A stretch of DNA of 32,158 bases, taken from positions 1-32,158 of IMG/VR virus record IMGVR_UViG_2529292726_000025. One strand, given 5' to 3'. Below the pieces are notes generated by a model, which saw only the letters and a program-made list of their open reading frames with translations, ran no database searches and was not told where the DNA came from. The DNA is from a virus. Lineage: Duplodnaviria > Heunggongvirae > Uroviricota > Caudoviricetes. Shown here one piece after another: positions 17,176-26,668 of this stretch. The position numbers were made by a program, and so were the translations under genes. Within the stretch, counting starts at the first letter, position 1. The number at the start of each line of letters is the position of its first letter.

Positions 17176-17325
17176 AGGCTTTTTAATTTGTGGTAATGGG
17201 CGGCTGGTGGGTGTTAGCGGCACCTGCCAGCCATCTGCTCATGCGTTGGGGTCACAAGCAAACCTCAGGCCCATCTGCTTTGCGCAAAAGCAGTATGAGC
17301 CTATCAGAGAAGTGCTTATTGATCT

Positions 17326-17820
17326 ATGACTAATACTGTAAAAATATCCAGTTGTGAGTTAATCAACGCTGATTGCCTGAAATTTATCCAGACCTTACCG
17401 GAAAACTCTGTCGATCTGATAGTCACAGACCCGCCATACTTTAAAGTGAAGCCCGAGGGCTGGGATAACCAGTGGGAGGGCGACGATGATTACCTGAAAT
17501 GGCTGGACCAGTGTCTGGCGCAGTTCTGGCGGGTACTGAAGCCTGCCGGAAGTCTTTACCTGTTCTGTGGTCATCGCCTGGCATCTGACACCGAAATCAT
17601 GATGCGTGAGCGCTTTAATGTGCTGAACCACATTATCTGGGCGAAGCCGTCCGGACGCTGGAACGGGTGCAATAAGGAAAGTCTGCGGGCGTATTTTCCG
17701 GCAACAGAGCGCATTCTGTTTGCAGAACATTATCGGCACCATTCAAACATCTCCCCAAGTCTACTAAAGTCTTTCAAAACCCCTTATAATCCGCGTATTA
17801 AAGCCCCGTTCGTCTTTTGA
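17326..17820 (+). pseudogene. DNA N6-adenine (or N4-cytosine) methyltransferase, DPPY-first type, 3'-truncated at about 17750
   Basis: N-terminal motif IV LIVTDPPYF and conserved core through ERILFAE. The C-terminal AdoMet-binding FxGxG region is absent; the last 20 or so codons are junk-like and span a 23-bp direct repeat. Confidence 0.65.
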
Positions 17821-17844
17821 CGTCTACTAAAGTCCCTCAAAATC
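17759..17844. repeat. Imperfect 23-bp direct repeat pair at the prophage/satellite junction (att or Int arm-site candidate)
   Basis: gtctactaaagtctttcaaaacc (17759-17781) and gtctactaaagtccctcaaaatc (17822-17844), 20 of 23 identical. Followed by gggggtac / gtaccccc inverted repeats before int. Confidence 0.5.
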
Positions 17845-17906
17845 TACGGTCAGATGGGGGTACTTATGGGGGTATTTACTGTTCGGTTTAGTGGAGGTAC
17901 CCCCAA

Positions 17907-19121
17907 GTGAAACTCAATGCCCGTCAAATAGACACAGCCAAGCCAAAAGAGAAGGCTTACAAGCTGGCCGATGGTGGCGGTTTGTATCTCTTGGTAAAAC
18001 CTAATGGAGGTAAATACTGGCGACTTAAATATCGTGTAGCTGGTAAAGAGAAGCTATTGGCACTAGGTGTTTATCCTGAGGTTACTCTAGCCGATGCTCG
18101 GGCAAAACGTGAAGATGCGAAAAGAGGTATCGCTGGTGGTATCGATCCGATGGAAGCGAAACGAGAGGAAAAGATTGCCCGGGAAACGCAGTTAAACAAC
18201 ACCTTCAAAGATATTGCCATTGAGTGGCACAGCAGCAAATTAAAAAAATGGTCTGCTGGTTATGCTTCAGACATCCTCGAAGCCTTCAACAAAGATGTGT
18301 TCCCTTACATTGGCAAAAAAACCATCGCCGAAATCAAACCACTTGAACTTCTGAATGTGCTGCGGCGCATCGAGGGGCGCGGTGCTACAGAAAAAGCCAA
18401 AAAAGTGAGGCAGCGGTGCGGGGAAGTTTTCCGCTATGCAATAGTCACTGGTCGCGCAGAGTATAACCCTGCACCAGACCTTACTAGCGCGATGCAAGGC
18501 CATGAATCTAATCATTACCCTTTCCTTACAGCCAAAGAATTACCTGATTTTTTCAAGGCATTGTCCAGTTACTCAGGAAGCGCATTGGTTGTTATGGCGG
18601 CTCGTCTACTGATTATCACAGGCTTGCGGACTGGCGAACTACGTGGCGCATTATGGGATGAAATTGATTTCAACAAGGCTCTCTGGGAGATACCCGCTTC
18701 ACGTATGAAAATGCGGCGGCCTCATATTGTGCCATTGTCTGAGCAGGCTCTTTCGCTTATTGGGAAGATTAGAGAAATAACAGGCAATTACCCTCTTATG
18801 TTTCCCGGGCGCAATGATCCAAGGAAAACAATGAGCGAGGCCAGCATAAACCAAGTGTTTAAGCGCATTGGCTACGCTGGACGTGTAACTGGTCATGGGT
18901 TCCGGCACACTATGAGTACGATTTTGCATGAGCAGGGCTATAACACCGCGTGGATAGAAACGCAGCTCGCTCACGTTGATAAGAACTCAATTCGTGGCAC
19001 ATACAACCATGCGCAATATCTGGATGGAAGGCGGGAGATGCTTCAATGGTATGCCGACTATATGGATTCTCTCGAGCATAGCGGAAATGTGGTGCATATG
19101 GTGTTTGAAAAACACGCATGA
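17907..19121 (+). CDS. P4-type tyrosine integrase, 404 aa
   Basis: GTG start after a GGAGG Shine-Dalgarno. P4-like N-terminus (KAYKLADGGGLYLLVKPNGGKYWRLKYR) and catalytic R..HxxR..Y (RTGELRGALWDEIDF; HGFRHTMST; RGTYNHAQY). Confidence 0.9.
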   Translation: MKLNARQIDTAKPKEKAYKLADGGGLYLLVKPNGGKYWRLKYRVAGKEKLLALGVYPEVTLADARAKREDAKRGIAGGIDPMEAKREEKIARETQLNNTFKDIAIEWHSSKLKKWSAGYASDILEAFNKDVFPYIGKKTIAEIKPLELLNVLRRIEGRGATEKAKKVRQRCGEVFRYAIVTGRAEYNPAPDLTSAMQGHESNHYPFLTAKELPDFFKALSSYSGSALVVMAARLLIITGLRTGELRGALWDEIDFNKALWEIPASRMKMRRPHIVPLSEQALSLIGKIREITGNYPLMFPGRNDPRKTMSEASINQVFKRIGYAGRVTGHGFRHTMSTILHEQGYNTAWIETQLAHVDKNSIRGTYNHAQYLDGRREMLQWYADYMDSLEHSGNVVHMVFEKHA

Positions 19122-19772
19122 AACAACTGGACAAGTATACAGAGGTTTACTAAAGTATAGGGGAGTAGATTGATAAAAACTCACAGAGGATTACTATTTA
19201 ACAGTTAGCCCTGGAGAAGGGCAATCGCTCTTTTAACAACGAAGATGGAATCTTCTACGCAGCTGAAAAGCTGGATGCTCTTTAACAGCCTTTGGTGCTT
19301 TCCTGATGCAGGAAAGAATAGGGATACATGCACCTTTACAATGCATGTAATGATTCATCCATGAGGCTGCGGATCGCTGACAAAGCGCAATTGCTCTTTA
19401 ACATTGATGTGGGCGGGATGGTTCGTCCCGCAGTGACCGATAGATTTCTATCGGGAAACATACAATGATTCAAATATGAATCTACGGCGCTGACAAAGCG
19501 CAATTGCTCTCTTGCCTGCCCACCATGCCCTGAAAAAGGGCGTTCTTTAAAACTACTGGATGTCACGCCTAATAGCGTGATCCTGCCGAAATGCAGGGTA
19601 GCTCTACCCTTGTGGAGCAAACAAACCAAAACAATCTGACTATCTTTTATAAAAGACCGCAATATGTTTTTCATATTGTGGTCTTTGGCGTATTCGACAT
19701 TTGATGCAAATAAAACTCTCGCCATTCGTTGCAGGAGGGAGTTATTGCGTCATTAGTACAGGATATTAATAA

Positions 19773-19976
19773 ATGGCTAATTACAATTCATTAATTCGTC
19801 TCTCTGAAGTTCAAAGGCGAACTGGTTATAGCAAAGCATGGATTTATCGTCTTATTAGTCAGGGGAGGTTCCCTAAACAGGTAAAAATTGGAAGTCGGGC
19901 AATTGCTTTTGTTGAGTCTGAAATAGATGAATGGATTGAGAAGTGTATATTAGAATCTAGAGACGAGGTGGCCTGA
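19773..19976 (+). CDS. alpA: AlpA-family transcriptional regulator / excisionase-like protein, 67 aa
   Basis: LIRLSEVQRRTGYSKAWIYRLISQGRFPKQVKIGSRAIAFVESEIDEWI is a typical AlpA/Xis MerR-like HTH. Downstream of a P4-type int. Confidence 0.8.
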   Translation: MANYNSLIRLSEVQRRTGYSKAWIYRLISQGRFPKQVKIGSRAIAFVESEIDEWIEKCILESRDEVA

Positions 19977-20407
19977 TGGAAAAGAAAAACCGCCCATTAC
20001 AGGCGGCTAATTCAGATATTCGTGTATCTGATGTTACGCCCCTTACAAAATCCCTTCAAGCACCAAAGCGCACACCGAAAAAGCATCGTGCCAGAGTCTA
20101 TATGCTGCGTACTGGTATAGAGGGATGGACAGAAAATGACATTCTTCGCTACTGCCGTCTGTCTTCTGGTCGTAACTATGCAACAGAGTTAGAACGCCAG
20201 CTTGGAATCACTCTGGAGCGTATCGACGAAAAGAATCCTGATGGTATCGGAACACACCTTCGCTACCGTTTCTCCTGCCGTGGTGATGTTCTGAAAGTGA
20301 TCACTCATATTAACCATCTTGCGAACATAAATGATCACAACGGACTTTCTCAGCAGGAAATTGCCGACATTCTGAAACTCTACCCGGACGCGTTTAACGC
20401 CGCCTAA
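19976..20407 (+). CDS. Hypothetical satellite-element protein, 143 aa
   Basis: ORF coupled to the alpA stop (ATGA overlap). Basic N-terminus. No assignable motifs. Confidence 0.45.
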   Translation: MEKKNRPLQAANSDIRVSDVTPLTKSLQAPKRTPKKHRARVYMLRTGIEGWTENDILRYCRLSSGRNYATELERQLGITLERIDEKNPDGIGTHLRYRFSCRGDVLKVITHINHLANINDHNGLSQQEIADILKLYPDAFNAA

Positions 20408-20419
20408 CGGAGACTGAAA

Positions 20420-21253
20420 ATGAACATCGAAAAAAGCAGATTAATTTCTGAGGCCGCCCCTCATCTGAACGCCTCTCTGGGCACAATTAACGGTAATGAA
20501 TTTGCCGCAATTGTCCCGGTTATTCCTGGTCATATCGGTGGGCGTGAAACCAATATTGTTAGCGCAAAAGCGTTACACAAAGCGTTGGGCGTGGGAAAAG
20601 ACTTCTCTACATGGATCACTGATCGCATCTCTGAATATGACTTCACCATTGGGCACGATTACTCAGTCCATAAAACAATTTCCCCAAATTTGGGGAAAAG
20701 CCCGAATGGCGCGGCTTACAGCAAGATTAAGCAGTCTGGCAGACCCGGCAAAGACTATCTGTTAAGTGTCGGAATGGCGAAAGAACTGGCAATGATCGAA
20801 CGCAATGATCAGGGTCGCGCTATCCGCCGTTATTTCATCCAGTGCGAGGAAGAATTACAGCGTAGCGTGCCTGAAATCGCCGCCCGCTATCGTCGCCAGC
20901 TAAAAGCCCGTATCAGTGCCGCAAACAACTTTAAGCCAATGTGCGATGCGCTGAATATGGCCCGTGCCGAGATGGGTAAAACGACGCAGCAACACCACTA
21001 CACAAACGAGAGCAATATGATTTCTCGTATCGTTCTTGGTGGGCTAACTGCTAAGCAGTGGGCGCGGATAAATGGCTATTCTGGCGAACCTCGCGACCAT
21101 ATGAACGCAGAACAGCTTGAGCACCTCTCATATCTCGAAAGCACCAATATCACGTTAATTGATATGGGCATGGAATATGAGCAGCGCAAAGGAGAACTCA
21201 CCCGCCTGTCGCAACGCTGGCTCGCCAAGCGTCTGGAGGTGGTCAATGTCTAA
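20420..21253 (+). CDS. Phage antirepressor-like regulatory protein (Rha/KilAC-type, tentative), 277 aa
   Basis: Size, position and general composition suggest an antirepressor-family regulator (...SAKALHKALGVGKDFSTWITDRI...). Not verified by motif. Confidence 0.4.
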   Translation: MNIEKSRLISEAAPHLNASLGTINGNEFAAIVPVIPGHIGGRETNIVSAKALHKALGVGKDFSTWITDRISEYDFTIGHDYSVHKTISPNLGKSPNGAAYSKIKQSGRPGKDYLLSVGMAKELAMIERNDQGRAIRRYFIQCEEELQRSVPEIAARYRRQLKARISAANNFKPMCDALNMARAEMGKTTQQHHYTNESNMISRIVLGGLTAKQWARINGYSGEPRDHMNAEQLEHLSYLESTNITLIDMGMEYEQRKGELTRLSQRWLAKRLEVVNV

Positions 21254-21428
21254 GCCAACAGGAACACCACAACCACAAAAACGCTACAAAGATGCCCACG
21301 GAGCACTCGTTACTGTCGAAAGCGTGTCTCACAACCGAGTGACGTTTTATCGCGACGGGTATCAATCGCCATGCGTACAACCGCTGGCGCGTTTCATGAA
21401 GGAGTTCGCGGAGGTTAACAAATGCTAA
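21246..21428 (+). CDS. Hypothetical small protein, 60 aa
   Basis: Start overlaps the stop of the upstream gene; part of a tightly packed operon. Confidence 0.35.
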   Translation: MSKPTGTPQPQKRYKDAHGALVTVESVSHNRVTFYRDGYQSPCVQPLARFMKEFAEVNKC

Positions 21429-22288
21429 CCGTCCAGAAGAAGACATTTTCACTGGCTGGTATGTCGCCAAAATCCAGCAATATGACGGCAAAGTCAGGCA
21501 TTAATACAGCAGATGCAAGCAAAGTTTATCATTTGCTGGTGGTCGGAACGGATGCCTTAACCATATCAGAAATCTCGGGCGATGATATTAGCATTGAGAA
21601 GGTCAGCGGCTGCGCCAGAAAATTTCTGGTCGTAGATGATGTCTTCCGCTCGTGTAGTGACTCCACAAAAACATTCGTCCACGCGCGTGACGTTAACGAA
21701 ATGAGCGCGATGTACTGTGCATCTGGTGCTTCCAATAGCGAGTTTTCGGAGTCCATAAAAAAGAGCTTGCCGTTATGCGGCAACACGGTTTATGGTTATA
21801 AGGCACCTCATAAAACGGGTGCCGGGATTGGCGTCCTGGTAAATCGAATGGCGACATATGACGCGCCGAGCGTCTTTTTTTATGTCGTAGGTCTGACTCA
21901 CCCATTTTTTGGGCGTTGGTGTATAATCCAGCGCCTTTGTCAATCAATGGTGGCTCAGGCAGGGGCTTCTTCGGAAGCGCCGGTATCCATTCGAGCCGGT
22001 TACGCCAACCCTGTCTGGGCTACCACCAGCGAAATTGGCGTTTCCGGTGGTAGCGTTACATGCTATCGAATGGAGGCTGCCACATGCTGGCTACTACCCC
22101 TACCCAAAAACCGCAATTTATCTGGATTATCGCCGCAGTTCGCCGCAGTTCGCCGCGATTGCCCGACAATTACCGCCAAAATTCATCATATTGCTGCCGA
22201 GTCTGAACGCGATGCTCGCCGTTCTCTGGTGCGCGATCACGTCTGCTTTTTTGCTGGTCGTATCCGCATGGAGGTGGCACATGATTAA
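21422..22288 (+). CDS. Hypothetical satellite-element protein, 288 aa, containing a tandem DNA repeat
   Basis: Long ORF in the operon. Contains the 10-bp tandem duplication cgccgcagtt at 22133-22160. Confidence 0.4.
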   Translation: MLTVQKKTFSLAGMSPKSSNMTAKSGINTADASKVYHLLVVGTDALTISEISGDDISIEKVSGCARKFLVVDDVFRSCSDSTKTFVHARDVNEMSAMYCASGASNSEFSESIKKSLPLCGNTVYGYKAPHKTGAGIGVLVNRMATYDAPSVFFYVVGLTHPFFGRWCIIQRLCQSMVAQAGASSEAPVSIRAGYANPVWATTSEIGVSGGSVTCYRMEAATCWLLPLPKNRNLSGLSPQFAAVRRDCPTITAKIHHIAAESERDARRSLVRDHVCFFAGRIRMEVAHD

Positions 22289-22499
22289 AACCTACGATGT
22301 GCATATGGATCCCCTCGAACGCACAAGCCAGATCATCACACTGACAGAAGTGATTAACGACATTCTGGTGAGCAACTCTCCCTCACGAGACGAAAGACTG
22401 AAGGCGTTACTCGCGATATTGGATCTCGCCGTTCGTGACGTTCATTTCCTGCTGGAAGGTGGCGAAATGCCAGGAAAAACGGGGGCAACCAATGAATAA
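22281..22499 (+). CDS. Hypothetical small protein, 72 aa
   Basis: ATG 22281 with GGAGGTGG Shine-Dalgarno. Overlaps the upstream stop. Confidence 0.4.
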   Translation: MIKTYDVHMDPLERTSQIITLTEVINDILVSNSPSRDERLKALLAILDLAVRDVHFLLEGGEMPGKTGATNE

Positions 22500-22686
22500 C
22501 TCAATTAATACCCCTCGCCTTACGTCCGCACTTCAATTAATCGAGCAAGCAGCGGCTGTCCTGGTTGCTGTCAGTCTTTCGGCTGAAGAAATGGACGCTG
22601 CTGATGTCGTGGATGCGATTAAAGCGTGCTCATCTTTGGTTAACGATGCCCGTGCCGAGCTGGTAATTCTTGGGGGTGAAAAATGA
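22492..22686 (+). CDS. Hypothetical small protein, 64 aa
   Basis: Start and stop overlap neighbouring genes. Confidence 0.35.
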   Translation: MNNSINTPRLTSALQLIEQAAAVLVAVSLSAEEMDAADVVDAIKACSSLVNDARAELVILGGEK

Positions 22687-22946
22687 ATATCAACTTAATT
22701 TATCGTCATCCGTGTGAGCTGGAAATTGAATCATTGCTGGGGCGTGAAGAGCCATATCCAGACACATTCACTCCCGCAGATTGCGCGACTGAACGGCTTA
22801 CCAGAGCGCGCACAGGTCTGGTTCATGTGATGAATGAGATTGTTCCCTCGGTGGGAGGGGAACAGGCGACAGTAATCAATAGCTGGCTACAAAAAGTTAC
22901 CTCCCTGATAGATATCGGTTTAATCGATGTGGAGAGTGCGAAATGA
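22683..22946 (+). CDS. Hypothetical small protein, 87 aa
   Basis: ATGA overlap coupling within the operon. Confidence 0.4.
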   Translation: MNINLIYRHPCELEIESLLGREEPYPDTFTPADCATERLTRARTGLVHVMNEIVPSVGGEQATVINSWLQKVTSLIDIGLIDVESAK

Positions 22947-23164
22947 CCAACATCCAGCTCATTGAAGCGCAATGTCGCATCGAACAGGTTCAGACTGTTT
23001 TAGGGTTCTGGCTTGAAGGGGCCAGCCCCAGCAACAGAGACAAGTTAATGATTGGCGCGGTTATGTCACTGCTCAATGGCGTACCAGAAGCTATTCAGGA
23101 AGCGGACGAATTGTTGGGCAAATATGAGTTACAGAATCATTCAGGCGAGGCGAAACATGAATAA
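22943..23164 (+). CDS. Hypothetical small protein, 73 aa
   Basis: ATGA overlap coupling within the operon. Confidence 0.4.
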   Translation: MTNIQLIEAQCRIEQVQTVLGFWLEGASPSNRDKLMIGAVMSLLNGVPEAIQEADELLGKYELQNHSGEAKHE

Positions 23165-23759
23165 TTTCTTAACCTTCCATGCAGAAGCAACGCCTGACGG
23201 CGTAAACATCATGCACCGCAGCAACGATGGCATGACAGAACGCGTTGAGACCGTCTCATATATTGATGCCGTAAATCGTCTGGATGCCGGGGATTATGAC
23301 GATAAACCAGATGAAGGCATGTTTATACATCTCGCTATTGCCAGTGGCGGCAACCAGGGATATTTCGATTACACATCACAGCATCACGTGATTATGTGGC
23401 GCTGGCTGATAGCAACAGCATTCATCAATGAAATGAGAAAGGAAAACGGCACCGTCAGCATTATTGATGACAGTGGCAATCATTCCGTGGTTTCTGTTTA
23501 TTCCAATGGCATCGTCGCCATGCCGCTGTATCCAGTAGCAGAGCGCCTCGCTATGGCAAACAACATTGAGGGCGCAATGATCGAGAAATATGGTGTTGAT
23601 GTCGGAACAAAGAATGCCATCATTTTTTACAGCAACATGTTCGATGTCGAACAGGGAACACTCACTTCGTTTGGGCGAGAAGTGCTTGCCGATCTTCACA
23701 ACAGCTTTATTGCCGAACTAAACGAAAACGGCATCCCAGAAGCACCAGTGACGCACTAA
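23157..23759 (+). CDS. Hypothetical protein, 200 aa
   Basis: Start overlaps the upstream stop. Immediately precedes the primase gene. Confidence 0.45.
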   Translation: MNNFLTFHAEATPDGVNIMHRSNDGMTERVETVSYIDAVNRLDAGDYDDKPDEGMFIHLAIASGGNQGYFDYTSQHHVIMWRWLIATAFINEMRKENGTVSIIDDSGNHSVVSVYSNGIVAMPLYPVAERLAMANNIEGAMIEKYGVDVGTKNAIIFYSNMFDVEQGTLTSFGREVLADLHNSFIAELNENGIPEAPVTH

Positions 23760-23771
23760 ACGGGGGCCAGA

Positions 23772-26528
23772 ATGCGAAACATTGATCTTATCCGTCAGGT
23801 TATCAGTGCGTCTGAAAACAACTGGCCTCATGTGCTGGGCTGTCTGAACATAAATGTCCCTGACTCTCCTCGCCGTCATGCTCCCTGCCCTGCATGTGGG
23901 GGCAAAGATCGATTCCGGTTCGACGACAACGGGCGCGGTAGCTTCATCTGTAATCAGTGCGGCGCTGGTGATGGGCTGGATTTAATTAAACGCGTAAATA
24001 ACTGCGACACAACAGAGGCGGCGCTTCTTGCCGCTGATGTTCTGGGTATTGATTACCGGACAACGGAAACACCAGAAGCCACCAGCCAGAAACGGGAACA
24101 ACTGGAAACCGAGCGCCAGCGACGCGAACAGGAGCGCCTGAAAAGGGCAGAGAAGGACGAACAACAAAGACGGGATACGTTTTCCCGTCAGTTTGATGAC
24201 ATGCGCAGAAAGGCTGTAAACGGCAAATCTGATTATCTGGTTGCGAAAGGGGTAGGTGATTTTACATTCCCAGTGTTGCCCGATGGATCTCTGTTGCTGG
24301 CGCTGGTGGATAAATCCGGCGCAGTCACAGCAGCACAGACTATTACCTCACATGGTGAAAAAAGACTCCTGACAGGTTCAGCAAAGCGAGGGGCATATCA
24401 CGCCATAAACGCACCAGAAACAACACAGAGCATCTTAATCGCAGAAGGGCTGGCAACGGCATTATCTGCCCATTTAATTCGTCCAGAATCGCTGACAGTG
24501 GCGGCGATTGATGCCGGGAACCTGTTATATGTCGCCCAGGTACTGCGGGATAAATTTCCTTCAGCACAAATCATCATTGCTGCGGATAACGACCACAGCG
24601 AAGGAAGACAAAACACGGGGAGAATAGCAGCAGAAAAAGCAGCTTTATCTGTTTCTGGATGGGTGGCATTACCCCCGACAGATCACAAAGCAGACTGGAA
24701 TGATTACCACCAAAAACACGGCATTAAATGCGCCACAGAAGCGTTCAATAAGTCAATGTACCAACCACAGGGTAATGGCGTGAAACAGCAGCCACAGACC
24801 ATTGAGGGAAGCGATTTTAAGGTTATGGATACCGACCCACTGAAACCAAGAATAGAAAGCCGCGAGGATGGTATTTATTGGGTATCTCCGAGAGCTGACA
24901 GCCAGAGTGGAGAAATCATCAATAACGAAAGCTGGTTATGTTCTCCGTTAAGCGTTATCGGTACTGGCAGAGACGATAAAGACCAGTATCTCATTCTTCG
25001 CTGGCTGTCGTTTGGTTCTGAAACGCCGACAACCGCTGCCATTCCACTGGCTGATATTGGTGAACGTGAAGGATGGCGCACACTTAAAGCTGGTGGGGTA
25101 AATGTCACGACCAAAAGCAGCCTCAGAGCAATACTGGCAGACTGGCTACAACGCAGTGGCTCTCGTGAATTGTGGCGTGTTGCTCATGCCACTGGCTGGC
25201 AATGCGGAGCGTACATCATGCCTGATGGGGAAATCATCGGAACACCTGAAAATCCTGTGCTGTTCAGCGGGAGAAGCTCAGCCGCAGCCGGATATACCGT
25301 CTCAGGGAGCGCGAAAAGCTGGCGTGATAACGTGGCGCGTCTGGCCTTTGGTAACTATTCAATGATGACCGGGATCGGCGCAGCACTGGCAGCGCCATTG
25401 ATTGGGCTGGTGGGCGCTGACGGGTTCGGCATTCATTTCTATGAGCAGTCGAGCGCAGGTAAGACCACCACGGCAAACGTGGCGAGCAGCTTATACGGCA
25501 ACCCTGATTTACTGCGGCTGACGTGGTACGGAACCGCGCTGGGGCTGGCAAATGAAGCCGCCGCCCACAATGACGGACTAATGCCGCTTGATGAAGTTGG
25601 TCAGGGCGCTGATCCTGTCAGTGTTTCACAGTCTGCCTATGCGTTATTTAACGGTGTAGGGAAACTGCAAGGCGCTAAAGATGGTGGAAACCGGGATCTA
25701 AAACGCTGGCGTACAGTGGCAATCAGCACTGGAGAAATGGATTTAGAAACATTTATCGCTACTTCCGGGCGAAAAACCAAAGCCGGGCAACTGGTGCGAC
25801 TGCTGAATATTCCGTTGAGTAAAGCAGTACGCTTTCACGATTACCAGAACGGAAAACAGCACGCAGACGCACTGAAAGACGCTTACCAGCATCACCACGG
25901 CGCAGCCGGGCGTGAGTGGATTAAATGGCTGGCAGACCACCAGCAACAGGCTATTAAAACTGTTCGTGACTGCGAAAGCAGATGGAGAAGCCTGATTCCA
26001 TCCGATTATGGTGAGCAGGTTCACCGTGTAGCCGCGCGATTTGCCATTCTGGAGGCCGCATTGCTGTTAGGCGAGGTTGTAACAGGCTGGGATGCTCAGA
26101 CATGCCGTGATGCGATACAGCACAGCTATAACGCATGGTTGCGCGAGTTCGGCACAGGTAACAAAGAACATCAGCAGATTATTGAACAAACGGAGGCATT
26201 TCTTAATGCCTATGGGCTTAGCCGTTTTGCACCATTTCCATACAGCCCGGCAGATTTGCCAATCAAAGATTTAGCCGGATACCGTCAGCGTGGAGAACAT
26301 GACGAAAGCCCAATGATTTTCTACACATTCCCGGCCACATTTGAAAAGGAGATCGCATGTGGTTTCAACGCAAAACAGTTTGCTGAAGTGTTGAAAAAAG
26401 CCGGGATGCTAACCCCACCAAACAGCGGTCGTGGATACCAAAGAAAATCACCACGTATTCAGGGACGACAAATAAACGTTTATGTACTCAATTACCAGCC
26501 AGGAGATTACAACTCATCTGAAGAATGA
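23772..26528 (+). CDS. Satellite-phage primase / replicase (P4 alpha-like), 918 aa
   Basis: N-terminal zinc-binding primase motif (CPACGGKDRFRFDD...FICNQCG). Large multi-domain protein. Iteron origin lies immediately downstream, as with P4 alpha and ori. Confidence 0.8.
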   Translation: MRNIDLIRQVISASENNWPHVLGCLNINVPDSPRRHAPCPACGGKDRFRFDDNGRGSFICNQCGAGDGLDLIKRVNNCDTTEAALLAADVLGIDYRTTETPEATSQKREQLETERQRREQERLKRAEKDEQQRRDTFSRQFDDMRRKAVNGKSDYLVAKGVGDFTFPVLPDGSLLLALVDKSGAVTAAQTITSHGEKRLLTGSAKRGAYHAINAPETTQSILIAEGLATALSAHLIRPESLTVAAIDAGNLLYVAQVLRDKFPSAQIIIAADNDHSEGRQNTGRIAAEKAALSVSGWVALPPTDHKADWNDYHQKHGIKCATEAFNKSMYQPQGNGVKQQPQTIEGSDFKVMDTDPLKPRIESREDGIYWVSPRADSQSGEIINNESWLCSPLSVIGTGRDDKDQYLILRWLSFGSETPTTAAIPLADIGEREGWRTLKAGGVNVTTKSSLRAILADWLQRSGSRELWRVAHATGWQCGAYIMPDGEIIGTPENPVLFSGRSSAAAGYTVSGSAKSWRDNVARLAFGNYSMMTGIGAALAAPLIGLVGADGFGIHFYEQSSAGKTTTANVASSLYGNPDLLRLTWYGTALGLANEAAAHNDGLMPLDEVGQGADPVSVSQSAYALFNGVGKLQGAKDGGNRDLKRWRTVAISTGEMDLETFIATSGRKTKAGQLVRLLNIPLSKAVRFHDYQNGKQHADALKDAYQHHHGAAGREWIKWLADHQQQAIKTVRDCESRWRSLIPSDYGEQVHRVAARFAILEAALLLGEVVTGWDAQTCRDAIQHSYNAWLREFGTGNKEHQQIIEQTEAFLNAYGLSRFAPFPYSPADLPIKDLAGYRQRGEHDESPMIFYTFPATFEKEIACGFNAKQFAEVLKKAGMLTPPNSGRGYQRKSPRIQGRQINVYVLNYQPGDYNSSEE

Positions 26529-26550
26529 GCTTCTTCATGTGCGTAGAAAA

Positions 26551-26668
26551 GGTGTTGGTTCAGTTGGTTCAGTTGGTTCAATTTGTAAAGAGTATTGTTT
26601 TATAAGGATTTTATTCTTTTTATTGAACCAACACTGAACCAACAACACGGTATTTTGAACCAACACAA
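26551..26668. repeat. Candidate replication origin: iterons TTGGTTCAG x3 and inverted GAACCAACA x3 flanking an AT-rich spacer
   Basis: ggtgttggttcagttggttcagttggttcaa ... AT-rich 40 bp ... ttgaaccaacactgaaccaacaacacgg..ttgaaccaacac. Confidence 0.6.

Noticed and set aside
17750-17906. tRNA or tmRNA 3' end as the integration target of the P4-type integrase
   Set aside because: No cloverleaf or T-arm-like sequence (GGTTCGAATCC type) could be recognised by eye here. The upstream sequence is a methyltransferase coding region.
19336-19725. 129-aa minus-strand ORF in the int-alpA intergenic region
   Set aside because: No ribosome-binding site, and it overlaps the direct repeats. The region is more likely regulatory or non-coding.
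26551-26668. Possible CRISPR-like repeats
   Set aside because: Repeats are only 9 bp, directly tandem, and then inverted with no spacers. This fits replication-origin iterons, not a CRISPR array.
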